Source: Cylindrospermopsis raciborskii Cr2010
Lineage (GTDB): Bacteria; Cyanobacteriota; Cyanobacteriia; Cyanobacteriales; Nostocaceae
Reading direction: 5' to 3'
Assembly: GCF_003367075.2 (NCBI RefSeq)
Contig: NZ_CP065936.1
Location: 3,240,001-3,272,000 of the forward strand
Length of the DNA: 32,000 nt
The translations under genes were made by a program, and so were the position numbers. A model generated the notes under the pieces. That model did no database searches. It was not told where the DNA came from and saw nothing but the letters and a program-made list of their open reading frames with translations. Shown in pieces: positions 11,250-21,312 of the stretch (the stretch's first letter is position 1; the number at the start of each line of letters is the position of its first letter).

Positions 11250-11804
11250 ATGAAAAGTAATGCAGCGACAGCAGAAGTAGCACAGCCCTATGCACAGGCT
11301 TTGTTATCAGTGGCTAAAGCCAACAATTTGACAGAAGAGTTCGGCACAGATGCGCGGACTTTGATTAGTTTGATTTCTGGTTCTGGGGAACTACAAAACT
11401 TTTTGGATAACCCCTTTATTCGACCAGAAAACAAAAAGAATCTACTCAGACAACTGTTGGGGGAAAGTGTTAATTCCTACCTGAGAAATTTCATCTTGCT
11501 GTTAGTTGATAGAAGACGGATTTCCTTTTTGGAACCAATTTTACAGCAGTATATCATTCTGTTGCGGGAATTAACCCAAACGGTTTTAGCAGAAGTTAGT
11601 TCTGCCATTCCCCTAACCGATGAACAACTACAAACAGTAAGAGAAAAGGTAATTTCTATTACCAAAGCTCGGGAAGTAGAAATTGAAACTAAAATCGACA
11701 CCGATTTAATTGGTGGTGTAGTGATTAAAGTAGGTTCCCAAGTAGTTGATGCCAGCTTACGTGGTCAACTACGTCGTCTTTCTCTACGCTTAACCAGTGG
11801 TTAA
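11250..11804 (+). CDS. atpD: F0F1 ATP synthase subunit delta (OSCP)
   Basis: 184 aa. The C-terminal IGGVVIKVGSQVVDASLRGQLRRL is typical of delta/OSCP. Cyanobacterial name atpD (E. coli atpH). Confidence 0.9.
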   Translation: MKSNAATAEVAQPYAQALLSVAKANNLTEEFGTDARTLISLISGSGELQNFLDNPFIRPENKKNLLRQLLGESVNSYLRNFILLLVDRRRISFLEPILQQYIILLRELTQTVLAEVSSAIPLTDEQLQTVREKVISITKAREVEIETKIDTDLIGGVVIKVGSQVVDASLRGQLRRLSLRLTSG

Positions 11805-11840
11805 ATAGGGAAAATGGGGAATTTGGATAGATTTCATCTG

Positions 11841-11875
11841 TTACCAATTACTCATTACCAATTAGCAATTACCAA
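11841..11875 (+). repeat. Heptameric STRR tract (TTACCAA)n
   Basis: ttaccaa ttactca ttaccaa ttagcaa ttaccaa, in the atpD-atpA spacer. Confidence 0.65.
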
Positions 11876-11914
11876 AAACTTCTGCCGTCTCACAAGAAAA
11901 CCGAAAATAGGCAC

Positions 11915-13435
11915 ATGAGCATTTCCATTAAACCTGACGAAATCAGCAGCATTATCCAACAACAAATCGAGCAATATGACCAAGAAGTCAAGGTTGCTAA
12001 TGTTGGTACTGTACTACAAGTTGGTGATGGTATTGCCCGGATCTACGGCTTAGAACAAGTCATGTCCGGGGAACTTTTAGAATTTGAAGATGGCACTGTT
12101 GGTATCGCCCAAAACTTAGAAGAAGATAACGTGGGCGCCGTACTAATGGGTGAAGGCAGAAATATTCAAGAAGGTAGTACCGTTACTGCAACCGCTAAAA
12201 TTGCCCAAGTAGGTGTGGGTGAAGCCCTCATCGGTCGGGTAGTAGATGCTTTAGGCAGAGCAATTGACGGTAAAGGTGAAATTAAGGCTACTACCACTCG
12301 CTTAATTGAGTCCCCCGCCCCTGGGATTATTGCCCGTCGTTCTGTACATGAACCCATGCAAACGGGTATTACAGCTATTGATTCCATGATTCCCATTGGT
12401 CGGGGTCAACGGGAGTTAATTATTGGTGACCGTCAAACTGGTAAGACCTCTATTGCTATTGACACCATTATTAACCAAAAAGGTGAAGATGTGGTTTGCG
12501 TTTATGTAGCAGTGGGTCAAAAGGCTTCCACAGTTGCTAACGTGGTTCAAACCCTACAGGAAAAAGGCGCTTTAGAATATACGGTAGTTGTAGCAGCTAA
12601 TGCCAGTGACCCAGCTACTTTACAATTCCTGGCTCCCTACACAGGTGCTACTATTGCTGAGTACTTTATGTACCAAGGTAAAGCTACCTTAGTGATTTAC
12701 GATGACCTTTCTAAGCAAGCTCAGGCTTATCGTCAAATGTCCTTGCTGTTACGTCGTCCACCCGGAAGAGAAGCATATCCAGGAGACGTGTTCTACATTC
12801 ACTCTCGCTTATTAGAAAGAGCAGCAAAATTGAGTGATGAATTGGGTAAGGGTAGTATGACTGCTTTACCTATCATTGAAACCCAAGCTGGTGACGTTTC
12901 TGCTTACATTCCTACCAACGTGATTTCTATCACTGATGGACAGATTTTCCTTTCTTCTGACCTGTTTAACTCTGGTGTTCGTCCAGCAGTGAATCCGGGT
13001 ATCTCCGTATCCCGGGTGGGTTCCGCTGCCCAAACTAAAGCAATGAAGAAAGTAGCAGGTAAGATTAAATTGGAATTGGCACAGTTTGATGACTTACAAG
13101 CCTTCGCCCAATTTGCTTCTGACCTAGATAAAACTACCCAGGATCAGTTAGCACGAGGACAACGTTTACGGGAACTGTTGAAACAGCCCCAAAATGATCC
13201 TCTCTCTGTTGCTGAACAGGTCGCTATTCTTTACGCCGGTATTAACGGTTATTTAGATGATATAGCTGTTAACCAGGTGACCAGCTTTGTTAAAGGTTTC
13301 CGTGACTACTTAAAGAGTGGTAATAACTCTTACTACCAAGGAGTGCAAACCAGCAAAGTCCTAGGAGAAGCGGAAGAAGTAGCCCTGAAAGAAGCTTTAG
13401 CTGATTACAAAAAGACTTTTCTAGCTACGGTGTAA
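11915..13435 (+). CDS. atpA: F0F1 ATP synthase subunit alpha
   Basis: 506 aa with Walker A GDRQTGKT and high-confidence alpha-subunit sequence throughout. Confidence 0.97.
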   Translation: MSISIKPDEISSIIQQQIEQYDQEVKVANVGTVLQVGDGIARIYGLEQVMSGELLEFEDGTVGIAQNLEEDNVGAVLMGEGRNIQEGSTVTATAKIAQVGVGEALIGRVVDALGRAIDGKGEIKATTTRLIESPAPGIIARRSVHEPMQTGITAIDSMIPIGRGQRELIIGDRQTGKTSIAIDTIINQKGEDVVCVYVAVGQKASTVANVVQTLQEKGALEYTVVVAANASDPATLQFLAPYTGATIAEYFMYQGKATLVIYDDLSKQAQAYRQMSLLLRRPPGREAYPGDVFYIHSRLLERAAKLSDELGKGSMTALPIIETQAGDVSAYIPTNVISITDGQIFLSSDLFNSGVRPAVNPGISVSRVGSAAQTKAMKKVAGKIKLELAQFDDLQAFAQFASDLDKTTQDQLARGQRLRELLKQPQNDPLSVAEQVAILYAGINGYLDDIAVNQVTSFVKGFRDYLKSGNNSYYQGVQTSKVLGEAEEVALKEALADYKKTFLATV

Positions 13436-13442
13436 TCACAGT

Positions 13443-13512
13443 GTAATCGGTAATTGGTGATTGGTAATTCCCAAGACTAATCATCAATAACCAAGAACTC
13501 ATGACTAAGGAC
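13443..13512 (+). repeat. Heptameric STRR tract (GTAATTG)n grading into (nCAAGAC)n
   Basis: gtaatcg gtaattg gtgattg gtaattc ccaagac taatcat caataac caagaac tcatgac taaggac. The first four units are the reverse complement (cyclic permutation) of the TTACCAA tract at 11841. Confidence 0.65.
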
Positions 13513-13518
13513 TAAATT

Positions 13519-14466
13519 ATGGCTAATCTCAAAGCAATACGCGATCGCATTCAGTCGGTCAAGAACACTAAAAAAATCACCGAAGCTATGCGGCTAGTGG
13601 CTGCAGCGCGGGTGCGTCGTGCCCAGGAGCAGGTAATTGCCACCCGTCCCTTTGCTGACCGTTTAGCACAGGTGCTGTATGGTTTACAGGTCCGGTTAAA
13701 ATTTGAGGATGTAGATCTACCTCTACTGAAAAAACGGGAAGTGAAGTCTGTTGGTTTATTAGTAGTTTCCGGTGATAGAGGGCTATGTGGTGGTTACAAT
13801 TCCAACGTCATCCGACGAGCGGAAAACCGAGCCAAGGAATTAAAAGCTGAGGGGTTGGATGTTACCTTTGTTATTGTAGGTCGTAAAGCTAATCAATACT
13901 TCCAACGACGGGGTTACAAAATTGATGCCACCTACAGCGGTCTAGAACAAATTCCCACTGCTACCGAAGCTACAAATATAGCTGACGAGTTACTTTCTCT
14001 GTTTTTATCAGAAAAGGTAGACAGAATCGAATTAGTTTACACTCGTTTTGTTTCTTTAGTCAGTTCCCGTCCCGTAGTCCAAACCCTGTTACCCTTGGAT
14101 ACTCAAGGTTTGGAAACCCCCGATGACGAGATATTCCGACTAACTACTCGTGGGGGCAAATTTGAAGTAGAGCGGGAAAAAGTTACCAGCACAGTAGCAC
14201 CCCTACCCCGGGATATGATTTTTGAACAAGACCCCGTACAAATTTTAGATTCCCTGTTACCTTTATATCTGAGCAATCAGTTATTAAGAGCTTTGCAAGA
14301 ATCGGCGGCTAGTGAACTAGCAGCAAGGATGACAGCAATGAGCAATGCCAGTGATAATGCTGGTCAACTCATTAGCTCCCTCACTCTTTCTTACAATAAA
14401 GCCCGTCAAGCAGCAATTACCCAAGAACTCCTGGAAGTTGTTGGTGGTGCAGAAGCACTTGGCTAA
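13519..14466 (+). CDS. atpC: F0F1 ATP synthase subunit gamma
   Basis: 315 aa. It has the canonical N-terminus [30 protein letters not shown] and C-terminus [20 protein letters not shown]. Cyanobacterial name atpC (E. coli atpG). Confidence 0.95.
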   Translation: MANLKAIRDRIQSVKNTKKITEAMRLVAAARVRRAQEQVIATRPFADRLAQVLYGLQVRLKFEDVDLPLLKKREVKSVGLLVVSGDRGLCGGYNSNVIRRAENRAKELKAEGLDVTFVIVGRKANQYFQRRGYKIDATYSGLEQIPTATEATNIADELLSLFLSEKVDRIELVYTRFVSLVSSRPVVQTLLPLDTQGLETPDDEIFRLTTRGGKFEVEREKVTSTVAPLPRDMIFEQDPVQILDSLLPLYLSNQLLRALQESAASELAARMTAMSNASDNAGQLISSLTLSYNKARQAAITQELLEVVGGAEALG

Positions 14467-14483
14467 TAAGCACCTACATAAGT

Positions 14484-14540
14484 AATTGGCAATAGGTAAT
14501 AGTACAAATATACCATTAACTTATTGCCGATTATTTGATG
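14484..14540 (+). terminator. Candidate atp-operon 3' hairpin / intrinsic terminator
   Basis: Arm aattggcaataggtaat (14484-14500) pairs with attaacttattgccgatt (14515-14532). The two apparent mismatches become G-U wobbles in RNA and there is one bulge. The stem is followed by a U-containing tail (atttgatg). Confidence 0.45.
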
Positions 14541-14610
14541 AATATAGATATATAATAGGGCTAGGTGGGCGTTCTGGTTCGCCTCCTTCCCCTAAAAGCT
14601 AAAGACATAT

Positions 14611-14934
14611 ATGGAAAACAACAACTGGTTAGAACAACTGATGATGGTGGGAATAGGTACAACTTCCCTAGTAGCAGATAAACTTAGACAGGTTGGGGAT
14701 GAACTGGTCAGGGATGGAAAACTCAATCCTGAGCAAGTGGGGACATTAATGGATGATATTGTTAACCAATTGAAATCAGAACAGGGGAACTGGGAAGGAC
14801 AAGTTCAAAGACAACTGCGGAACATGATGCAGGATTTTGGAGTTCCGCGCCAGTCCGAAGTTGACGAATTACGCGGGAGAATTGACCGCTTAGAACGTCA
14901 AATACGGGATTTGGAAAATAAATTTTGGCGTTAG
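14611..14934 (+). CDS. Small coiled-coil protein, phasin-like (tentative)
   Basis: 107 aa. The pattern MVGIGTTSLVADKLRQVGDELVRDGKL ... EVDELRGRIDRLERQIRDLE resembles the phasin_2-type family from memory. No search was run. Confidence 0.5.
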   Translation: MENNNWLEQLMMVGIGTTSLVADKLRQVGDELVRDGKLNPEQVGTLMDDIVNQLKSEQGNWEGQVQRQLRNMMQDFGVPRQSEVDELRGRIDRLERQIRDLENKFWR

Positions 14935-14946
14935 GGAGGGTTTATT

Positions 14947-15495
14947 TTGAAAGGTATTTTTATTAGTGCTGTATTGATAATAGTATGTGTTGCAGCTTTG
15001 GTAATAGCACAAATTAATAGTGGTAAACAAGACACCACAGCTAAACTCACAGAAACTACACCCACAGCTATCATTACAGAAAGCAAAACCCAAGACCAAG
15101 AAAATAATCAAAAAGATAAAAATTTAACTGCGAGCAACAACATGTCTGATACTAACACCGTCACTACTTCTACCGGTCTTAAATATGTTGAATTACAAGA
15201 AGGCACTGGTTTAATACCCCAAAAGGGACAAAAAGTAGCAGTTCATTATACTGGTACTTTAGAGAATGGTCAAAAATTTGACAGTTCACGCGATCGCAAT
15301 CAACCTTTCAGCTTTAAGCTAGGGGTTGGACAAGTAATTAAAGGGTGGGATGAAGGACTAAGTACCATGAAAGTAGGTGGTCGTCGTCAACTAATTATTC
15401 CCCCAGACCTGGGTTATGGATCTCGTGGTGCAGGTGGGGTAATTCCACCCAATGCTACCCTAATTTTTGATGTGGAGTTGTTGGGAGTCGAGTAG
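14947..15495 (+). CDS. FKBP-type peptidyl-prolyl cis-trans isomerase with N-terminal membrane anchor or signal
   Basis: FKBP core: [62 protein letters not shown]. The TTG start at 14947 is supported by GGAGGG 6-7 nt upstream. There is no in-frame ATG until about residue 65. Confidence 0.9.
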   Translation: MKGIFISAVLIIVCVAALVIAQINSGKQDTTAKLTETTPTAIITESKTQDQENNQKDKNLTASNNMSDTNTVTTSTGLKYVELQEGTGLIPQKGQKVAVHYTGTLENGQKFDSSRDRNQPFSFKLGVGQVIKGWDEGLSTMKVGGRRQLIIPPDLGYGSRGAGGVIPPNATLIFDVELLGVE

Positions 15496-15506
15496 AAAGT
15501 CAACCG

Positions 15507-15622
15507 CCCCATCCCTTACACCACCACTAACCCATCTAGAACCTCTAAATAGAAAATCAGCGTAGGTTGGGTTGAAGCATGAAACCCAACATCCCCATCC
15601 CTTACACCACCACTAACCCATC
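15507..15622 (+). repeat. 86-bp unit present in 1.35 copies; 30-bp direct repeats flank a GGTTGGGTT...AACCCAAC hairpin
   Basis: ccccatcccttacaccaccactaacccatc occurs at 15507-15536 and again at 15593-15622. The hairpin ggttgggttgaagcatgaaacccaac lies between them at 15565-15590. Confidence 0.8.
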
Positions 15623-15883
15623 CTACCAATAATTGTGCTAAACCAATTTTTAAAAACAACGTCAAAGGATATATAAGCTTGTCTGAATTACGCAAATGTT
15701 TCGCTAAAACCTGAAAAAGTTTACGCTATTTCGGTTTAAAGTATTTTGGAGAATTGGCTTTTTGTTTAAAATTACCTGCTACTATTATCTTATTTCGGAT
15801 TAAAGTCCCTTCAAGTGCAATGGTAGCTCAAAAGATAGCAAATGCGATCGCTTTGCGTAATGATTGGTATGGACATTAGGGTT

Positions 15884-15975
15884 GTTGGGTTTCGTTCCTC
15901 AACCCAACCGAAAAAACTAGTCGATTGAAAACCGACTTGCGCTTTCAGACAGGGAATAAATTCCCTGTCTCCCTG
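15884..15975 (-). repeat. Inverted-orientation copy of the composite dispersed element that also builds the Uma2-array spacers
   Basis: gttgggtttcgttcctcaacccaacc + aaaactagtcgattgaaaaccgact + tgcgctttcagac + agggaataaattccct. This matches block by block the reverse complement of the array segment ggtctcaaagcgaaagtcagtttaaaaccgactagttttgtc...ggttgggttgaggaacgaaacccaac. Confidence 0.65.
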
Positions 15976-16366
15976 AATATTTCATCATTAATTTAGATGC
16001 TTTTTTACATCTCAGTAAAGATTGTGCTTTTTAATTGTCATAAAAATATATTTATATTTACTGTATTTTAAGTACCCAGGCAAATTTAATTTTACATATT
16101 CATTGAAGAAATAATTTCTGTAAGGGTTATCTGTTAGGTCTTTTCAGTTATCAGTTCCCTCCCTGAACTGCGAAATTTATTTTGCACGACCACTTAATAT
16201 ACTAAAAAATTGGTATATAACTATGCCAATTGTAGCTTTGAGTCTAAATACTGATTATATATAAAGTATTTTATTTTGTAAGTACAAATCAACTAAGACT
16301 TAGGTCAGTGCTAAACTCAATATATTTACGCAAGATTTATTTACCTAATAAGTTATTTTTGTTATA

Positions 16367-16690
16367 GATTAGACCTGGTTAAATTTAGTTACATCATTTT
16401 AATGTCTGAGACCAAATATCTATCTAAAGATAGATGAAATAAAATGTGATAATCAATTACGGTCTCATTGTTAACTCTAAGTTAAAACTTGCACCTTATC
16501 GAAATATGAAAATTCACTCATTCTTCTGGTTTCCTGCGGCACTCGCTAGTTTGGCTTTTACAACATCCGTTAAAGCTGAAGAAGTTTCCGCTAAAGCTGC
16601 TGACTTGATGGGAGTCAACACTGATAATCAGGATCCGTCTAATTTATTGGCTCAATCTTCTGACGGTTTCACACCATTAGCTCCCACACC
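16367..16690 (+). repeat. Copy A of a duplicated promoter, 5' leader and signal-peptide module (partner at 17505-17830)
   Basis: gattagacctggttaaa...atatctatctaaagatagatgaaataaaatg...ctaactctaagttaaaacttgcac...atgaaaatt.actca.tcttctggtttcctgc is shared by both copies with scattered substitutions. Confidence 0.85.
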
Positions 16691-17312
16691 AAGCTCTACC
16701 ACGCCTTGGTATAGTGATAATAATCCGGATTTACCCGCGAGTAATTATGGTTACGGTAGTCTTAGCGTTGGTTTTGGTTCTCAAAGTAATGTGGATATAA
16801 CGGATAATGGTCAAAAGTGGGCGGAATTCAAGGATTTTAATGGTGCATTTTCATTTAATGCAGCATTTGGTTATCAATTTCAACTATTTAGGGCTGAATT
16901 AGAAGTTGGTAACCAGTTTTTGAGTGCCAAGAATCTAGATTATGACCTCAATACAAGATTTCCCAGAACGGGAACACTCTCTGGTAACATGAGTGCAACT
17001 ACTATTCTATTGAATAGTTATTTTGATATCCCCACGGGTTCCAAATTCCGCCCCTATGTTGGTGGTGGACTTGGTTTAGGTGTTATTACGGGTAAAATAG
17101 AGAACTTTCTTGGTGGTTACAGTCTTAATGGAACTGCTTTTGCTTACCAGTTAAAAACTGGTCTACAGTATGAAATAGCAAGAAAGGCGAACATCTTTGG
17201 TGAGTTAAAATATTCCAGTATTTCCAGTTACCAGCAAAATCAGTATGCTAGTGATGTCATTGGTCCTTTTAATTCCTTTGGAGCTGCTATTGGCTATCGC
17301 CAAGGTTTTTAA
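16506..17312 (+). CDS. Outer-membrane beta-barrel protein (OmpW/Opa-like small barrel)
   Basis: Signal peptide MKIHSFFWFPAALASLAFTTSVKA. The sequence shows alternating aromatic and Gly-rich strands and ends in ...GAAIGYRQGF with a terminal Phe (OMP beta-signal). I prefer the ATG at 16506 to the GTG at 16446. Confidence 0.75.
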   Translation: MKIHSFFWFPAALASLAFTTSVKAEEVSAKAADLMGVNTDNQDPSNLLAQSSDGFTPLAPTPSSTTPWYSDNNPDLPASNYGYGSLSVGFGSQSNVDITDNGQKWAEFKDFNGAFSFNAAFGYQFQLFRAELEVGNQFLSAKNLDYDLNTRFPRTGTLSGNMSATTILLNSYFDIPTGSKFRPYVGGGLGLGVITGKIENFLGGYSLNGTAFAYQLKTGLQYEIARKANIFGELKYSSISSYQQNQYASDVIGPFNSFGAAIGYRQGF

Positions 17313-17324
17313 CTGTTAACTGTA

Positions 17325-17369
17325 AATAACCCTCTCACCATACTGGGGTAATTGTGATGGGAGTACATA
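17325..17369 (+). repeat. About 45-bp hairpin-containing dispersed repeat (partner at 22299-22343, same orientation)
   Basis: ataaccctctcaccatactggggtaattgtgatgggagtacata compared with ataactctcccaccacactggggtaattatggtgggaatacata. The partner folds as cccacca / tggtggg. Each copy sits just after a stop codon. Confidence 0.8.
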
Positions 17370-17394
17370 AATAAGTAGGGAGGCACAATTATTT

Positions 17395-17457
17395 GTAGGA
17401 TGGGTCGAGGAACGAGACCCATGCGGGGGTTGGGTTGAAGTATGAAACCCAACCTAC
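17395..17457 (+). repeat. Twin hairpin dispersed repeat
   Basis: atgggtcgaggaacgagacccat is followed by ggttgggttgaagtatgaaacccaacc, and the pair is enclosed by gtagg...cctac. Confidence 0.7.
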
Positions 17458-17504
17458 GTTGATCTTATATTTAATTCCACTCACCCACTTATATATCAAA
17501 TAGG

Positions 17505-17830
17505 GATTAGACCTGGTTAAAATTAGTGACATTATTATTTTAATATCTGAACCGAATATCTATCTAAAGATAGATGAAATAAAATGCTACAATTAATTAT
17601 GGTGTCACTGCTAACTCTAAGTTAAAACTTGCACTCTATCTTCTAAGAATATGAAAATTTACTCAATCTTCTGGTTTCCTGCAATACTTGCTAGTTTGGT
17701 TTCGACTGCATCCGTTAAAGCTGAGCAAGTTTCCAATAAATCTGCTAACCTAATAGGAGTCAGCACCGATAATCAGAACCGATCTAATTTGTTGGCTCAA
17801 TCTTCTAACCCCGGTTTTACGACAACATCC
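17505..17830 (+). repeat. Copy B of the duplicated promoter, 5' leader and signal-peptide module
   Basis: See 16367-16690. Confidence 0.85.
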
Positions 17831-18259
17831 CCTACAACAGGTTCTACTCCTTTAAAATTATCTCAAGGTATAGCACCTAGAGTTATTAAACTGCGGTTAT
17901 CAGACACTGGTATTTCAATTGGTAGTGTAATCTTTTGGGGAATTGCTGGGTTATTTCAAAAGAGATCAACGGACTGGGTACGGCTAGAAATAAATGGGAA
18001 TGAAGTTAAGGTAGTACATACAACCAGAACAACTAACACAATTACTCAGTTTTCAAAATGGTGGGATCATCCTGTCAGAAAAATTGCTTTCAAACCGGAT
18101 TCTTGTACTAACAGTTCAGATTGCGTTGTAGTCAATAAGGAAAATGGGATAATAGACATCAACGATATAAGTTTGTTGAGCAAAGGAGAATTTCAAATTG
18201 AATACCTAGAAAGCGGTGAGTGGAAATATGTGGACTTCAGAGTTCCAGCTAAAGAGTAG
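17651..18259 (+). CDS. Secreted protein of unknown function; N-terminal ~55 aa paralogous to the upstream OMP
   Basis: MKIYSIFWFPAILASLVSTASVKAEQVSNKSANLIGVSTDNQNRSNLLAQSS aligns with the OMP N-terminus. The C-terminal ~140 aa is unrelated to the barrel. Confidence 0.6.
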   Translation: MKIYSIFWFPAILASLVSTASVKAEQVSNKSANLIGVSTDNQNRSNLLAQSSNPGFTTTSPTTGSTPLKLSQGIAPRVIKLRLSDTGISIGSVIFWGIAGLFQKRSTDWVRLEINGNEVKVVHTTRTTNTITQFSKWWDHPVRKIAFKPDSCTNSSDCVVVNKENGIIDINDISLLSKGEFQIEYLESGEWKYVDFRVPAKE

Positions 18260-18395
18260 ATATAGAGGAAAAGGGCTAAAAGCTGAAAGGAAATTTCTAT
18301 CCAGATATTAACAAATCTATCGAAATGTCCACATACTAAAATGTAGTGTATGCAGAAGTAAAACCTAATAATCCTTGGTACTATGAATCCTCTAA

Positions 18396-18620
18396 GGTTC
18401 TAAGAATCGGGCTAAGGCTATTTCTAAACTGGCTAAAACTCACGCTAAAGTGTAAAACATTCGCAAAGATGCCATTCATAAACTCACTTATGATCTCGCT
18501 AAAAACCACAGCGTTATCAAAATTGAAGAATTGAGTATCAAAGCATTTTTGAAGAATTACAAACTAGCTGGTGCAATTGGGGATTGTGGAATGTACGAAT
18601 TCAAGCGCCAATTAGAATAT
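18396..18620 (+). pseudogene. tnpB: Internal fragment of an IS200/IS605-family TnpB gene
   Basis: Translation: GSKNRAKAISKLAKTHAKV*NIRKDAIHKLTYDLAKNHSVIKIEELSIKAFLKNYKLAGAIGDCGMYEFKRQLEY. This is a typical TnpB mid-section including the RuvC-II Glu. It has one in-frame stop and both ends are missing. Confidence 0.7.
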
Positions 18621-18760
18621 ATCCCACATTCCGCACCCTCAACTATGATGGAGGGAAATTACGGAGATAAAAAATCAAAGTTAGCATAAAAATAAACATA
18701 GAGAGTGAAAAAAGGATTCGAGAAACAGTAAATCAGCAAAAATGTCATCAAAATCTATTC

Positions 18761-19987
18761 TCAATGAGCAGCAATAAGAATTCACATTACCCACACAAGT
18801 AAACAAATAAATAAAATTAAGATATTCAATGAACATAACTGATTTGTTGACACATACAAGCTTGAAGATAGCGGAACTTATCTAACATTTTTTCACCCCA
18901 TTCATTGGGAACGGATACAAGTTGTAAAATTAGATAAGCGATGAGACTGGCATAAATTTGTATGCCAATGCCATTAACGTTTTTCGTAATTAATTTATCC
19001 AATTTTAGGTGCATTTTTAAAAACTTCCATAACAGTTCAACTCCCCACCGTAAACGATAAATATCTCTGATTTCATCATCTGTAACTGCTGCTTCTCCAT
19101 CTGCAGGTAAATTCGTGACTAAGCCAAATTCTGTTTTCGTTTCTAAATCACAAAAGTTAACTACCCTGTAAGCAGAAGCATGACTCGCCGAACCGATTTT
19201 TACTAATCCAGTTTCTACTTCAAATTCTAGTTTACAATTATTCTTAATTCGTACCACAAAGTATTTGTCTTTTTGTACTAACTCCCGTATAAAATTTAGT
19301 CCTGCAAAACCTCTATCCATTACCCCAACTGCATCTTGAGGTAAATTAGACATCATTGATGAGCCAAATTTGTAATCATGATTATGTCCAAAATTTATCA
19401 AATTATCTTCTGGACTTCCCGTAGAAAGATTCAGGGAGCTAAACAATTTTACTTGATGATAACCTAAAACCCATAACAACTTACTTGTTAAAGTAATTAT
19501 TGTTGAATCGATTGAACAAATTGCGTATTTATCATGTAGCTTTTTATAAGCTTTTTTTGTACCAATTTATTCAATTGATGATAAATATTTTGGAATATCT
19601 CTTGATTCCTGTGTTTGTTAGCTTTGGAAAATGTCGAAATTATTACATCAATACCTGTATGGTTTAATCTTGTAAATAAGTCCCGCATACTTGTTAAACT
19701 ATTATCCAAGGCATAAGCCAACCAACACTCAACATAAAGACGGCTGTTCAAAACTGGATAATCATTTTTTGGTAACGGTCTGAGGATGTCCTTGACAATC
19801 TTGGGGAATGAATTTATGATCATTATCAAATTAATATTTTGATATGGGTTGCCCAAATTTTAATATATTTTGGGCAATTTTTATCACAACTTTCTTAACA
19901 TTCAACACTTCTACTACATTACCTTTTGAGTGATTTCCTATTCTGTATTCCAGTGTTGTCTTCATATTGTTTCGTGGCTGCTATTGA
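18761..19987 (-). mobile_element. IS4-family insertion sequence (boundaries approximate)
   Basis: It contains the transposase below. The only terminal inverted-repeat candidates are weak: tcaatgagcagc at 18761 versus the reverse complement of gctgctattga ending at 19987. No target-site duplication was seen. Confidence 0.35.
18826..19856 (-). pseudogene. IS4-family DDE transposase, split by a frameshift in an A7/T7 run
   Basis: The two ORFs (119 aa and 217 aa) join into ...LVQKK|AYKKLHDKYAICSIDSTIITLTSKLLW... if one base is added in the T7 run at 19562-19568. The IS4 Y-(2)-R-(3)-E-(6)-K signature is present as YRLRWGVELLWKFLK, and the DDE Asp context as GVMDRGFAG. Confidence 0.8.
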
Positions 19988-20044
19988 CAAGTAAATCATA
20001 TCTCAACTATACTTTTGAAATCAACAAACATTGAAGGTCGAACA

Positions 20045-21312
20045 ATGTACGGATGCCAACAAGTTCTTATCAAGTCCGATAAATCAATAACAGCGATATT
20101 GGAGTACCTCTGCACAGAAGCTAAAAAGCTGACAAATTGTGGCGTTTACTATTCTAGGCAGATGTACTTTAAAACTGGTTATATTCCTAGTAGAGCAGAT
20201 TTGCATAAACAACTAGGAACTTATCAGAAAAACGTTCATTATCAGGCATTGTATTCTGATACTTCTCAACAAATACTAACCAGTGTAGCTGAATCCTTTA
20301 AATCGTACATTGGGCTAGTAAAAGCTGCAAAAAAGGGCGAAGTTTCCCAAAAACCAAAATTACCTAATTACTGTAAAAGTGTTATGACTGTAGCTACTTT
20401 TACGGGCAGGTCATTAAAGTTAATTGATGGGATGATTAGGTTTCCTTTGGGAACAAAAGTTAAGGCATGGTTTGGGATAGATTCTTTTTGTCTACCAATG
20501 CCATCTAACCTTGACTTCAAATCAATCAAGTACGCATTTTACCTAGAAATAGACAATTTTATGCAGAATTTGTCTATCAGGTAGATGAAATAAAATCTGA
20601 TGTTGATAGAAATAATGTTTTAGGGATTGACCACGGGTTAAATAACTGGTTAACTTGTGTTTCTAATCTGGGAACATCATTTATTGTTGATGGACTTCAT
20701 TTAAAAAGTTTAAATCAGTGGTACAACAAATCAGTAGCTAAACTTAAAAGTGATAAACCGCAGGGTTTTTGGTCTAACAGATTAGCTGCTATTACCGAAA
20801 AAAGAAACCGACAAATGTGTGATGCAGTTAACAAAGCTGCAAGAATAGTCGTTAACCACTGTATTGAAAATAAGATTGGTGCTATTGTTTTTGGATGGAA
20901 TAAAGGACAAAAAGATAGTATTGATTTGGGGCCTAAAAACAATCAGAAGTTTGTCCAAATTCCCACAGCAAGATTAAAAGACCGTATTGCTCAATTATGT
21001 AAACAATACGGAATAGATTTTATTGAAACAGAAGAATCATACACTTCTCAATCATCGTTTTTTGATTGCGACAATATACCTAAATTCGGTGAAAAACCCG
21101 AAGGGTGGGAAGCAAGCGGGAAACGAGTTAGTCGGGGAGTATATGAAACTTCTGATGGGTTCAAAATTAATGCGGACTGTAATGGTGCTGCTAATATTTT
21201 GAAAAAAGTAGCGGTGATGCTAGGAATTGATCTTAGCGGAATCAGTAGAGGCTGTTTAAGCCAGCCTCAGAAAGTTCGTTTATGGACTCTTCAGAAATCT
21301 CCGTGTCTTTAG
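20045..21312 (+). pseudogene. tnpB: RNA-guided endonuclease TnpB, one frameshift
   Basis: The N-terminal part (frame 2) runs to ...SNLDFKSI. The C-terminal part (frame 1) reads QVRILPRNRQFYAEFVYQVDEIK...VLGIDHGLNNW...ETEESYTSQ...INADCNGAANILKK, which contains the RuvC D/E/D contexts. The frame switch must lie between 20515 and about 20530. Confidence 0.85.

Noticed and set aside
18346-18534. 62-aa ORF MYAEVKPNNPWYYESSKV...
   Set aside because: It overlaps the TnpB fragment in a different frame, and the TnpB-frame translation is clearly the homologous one.
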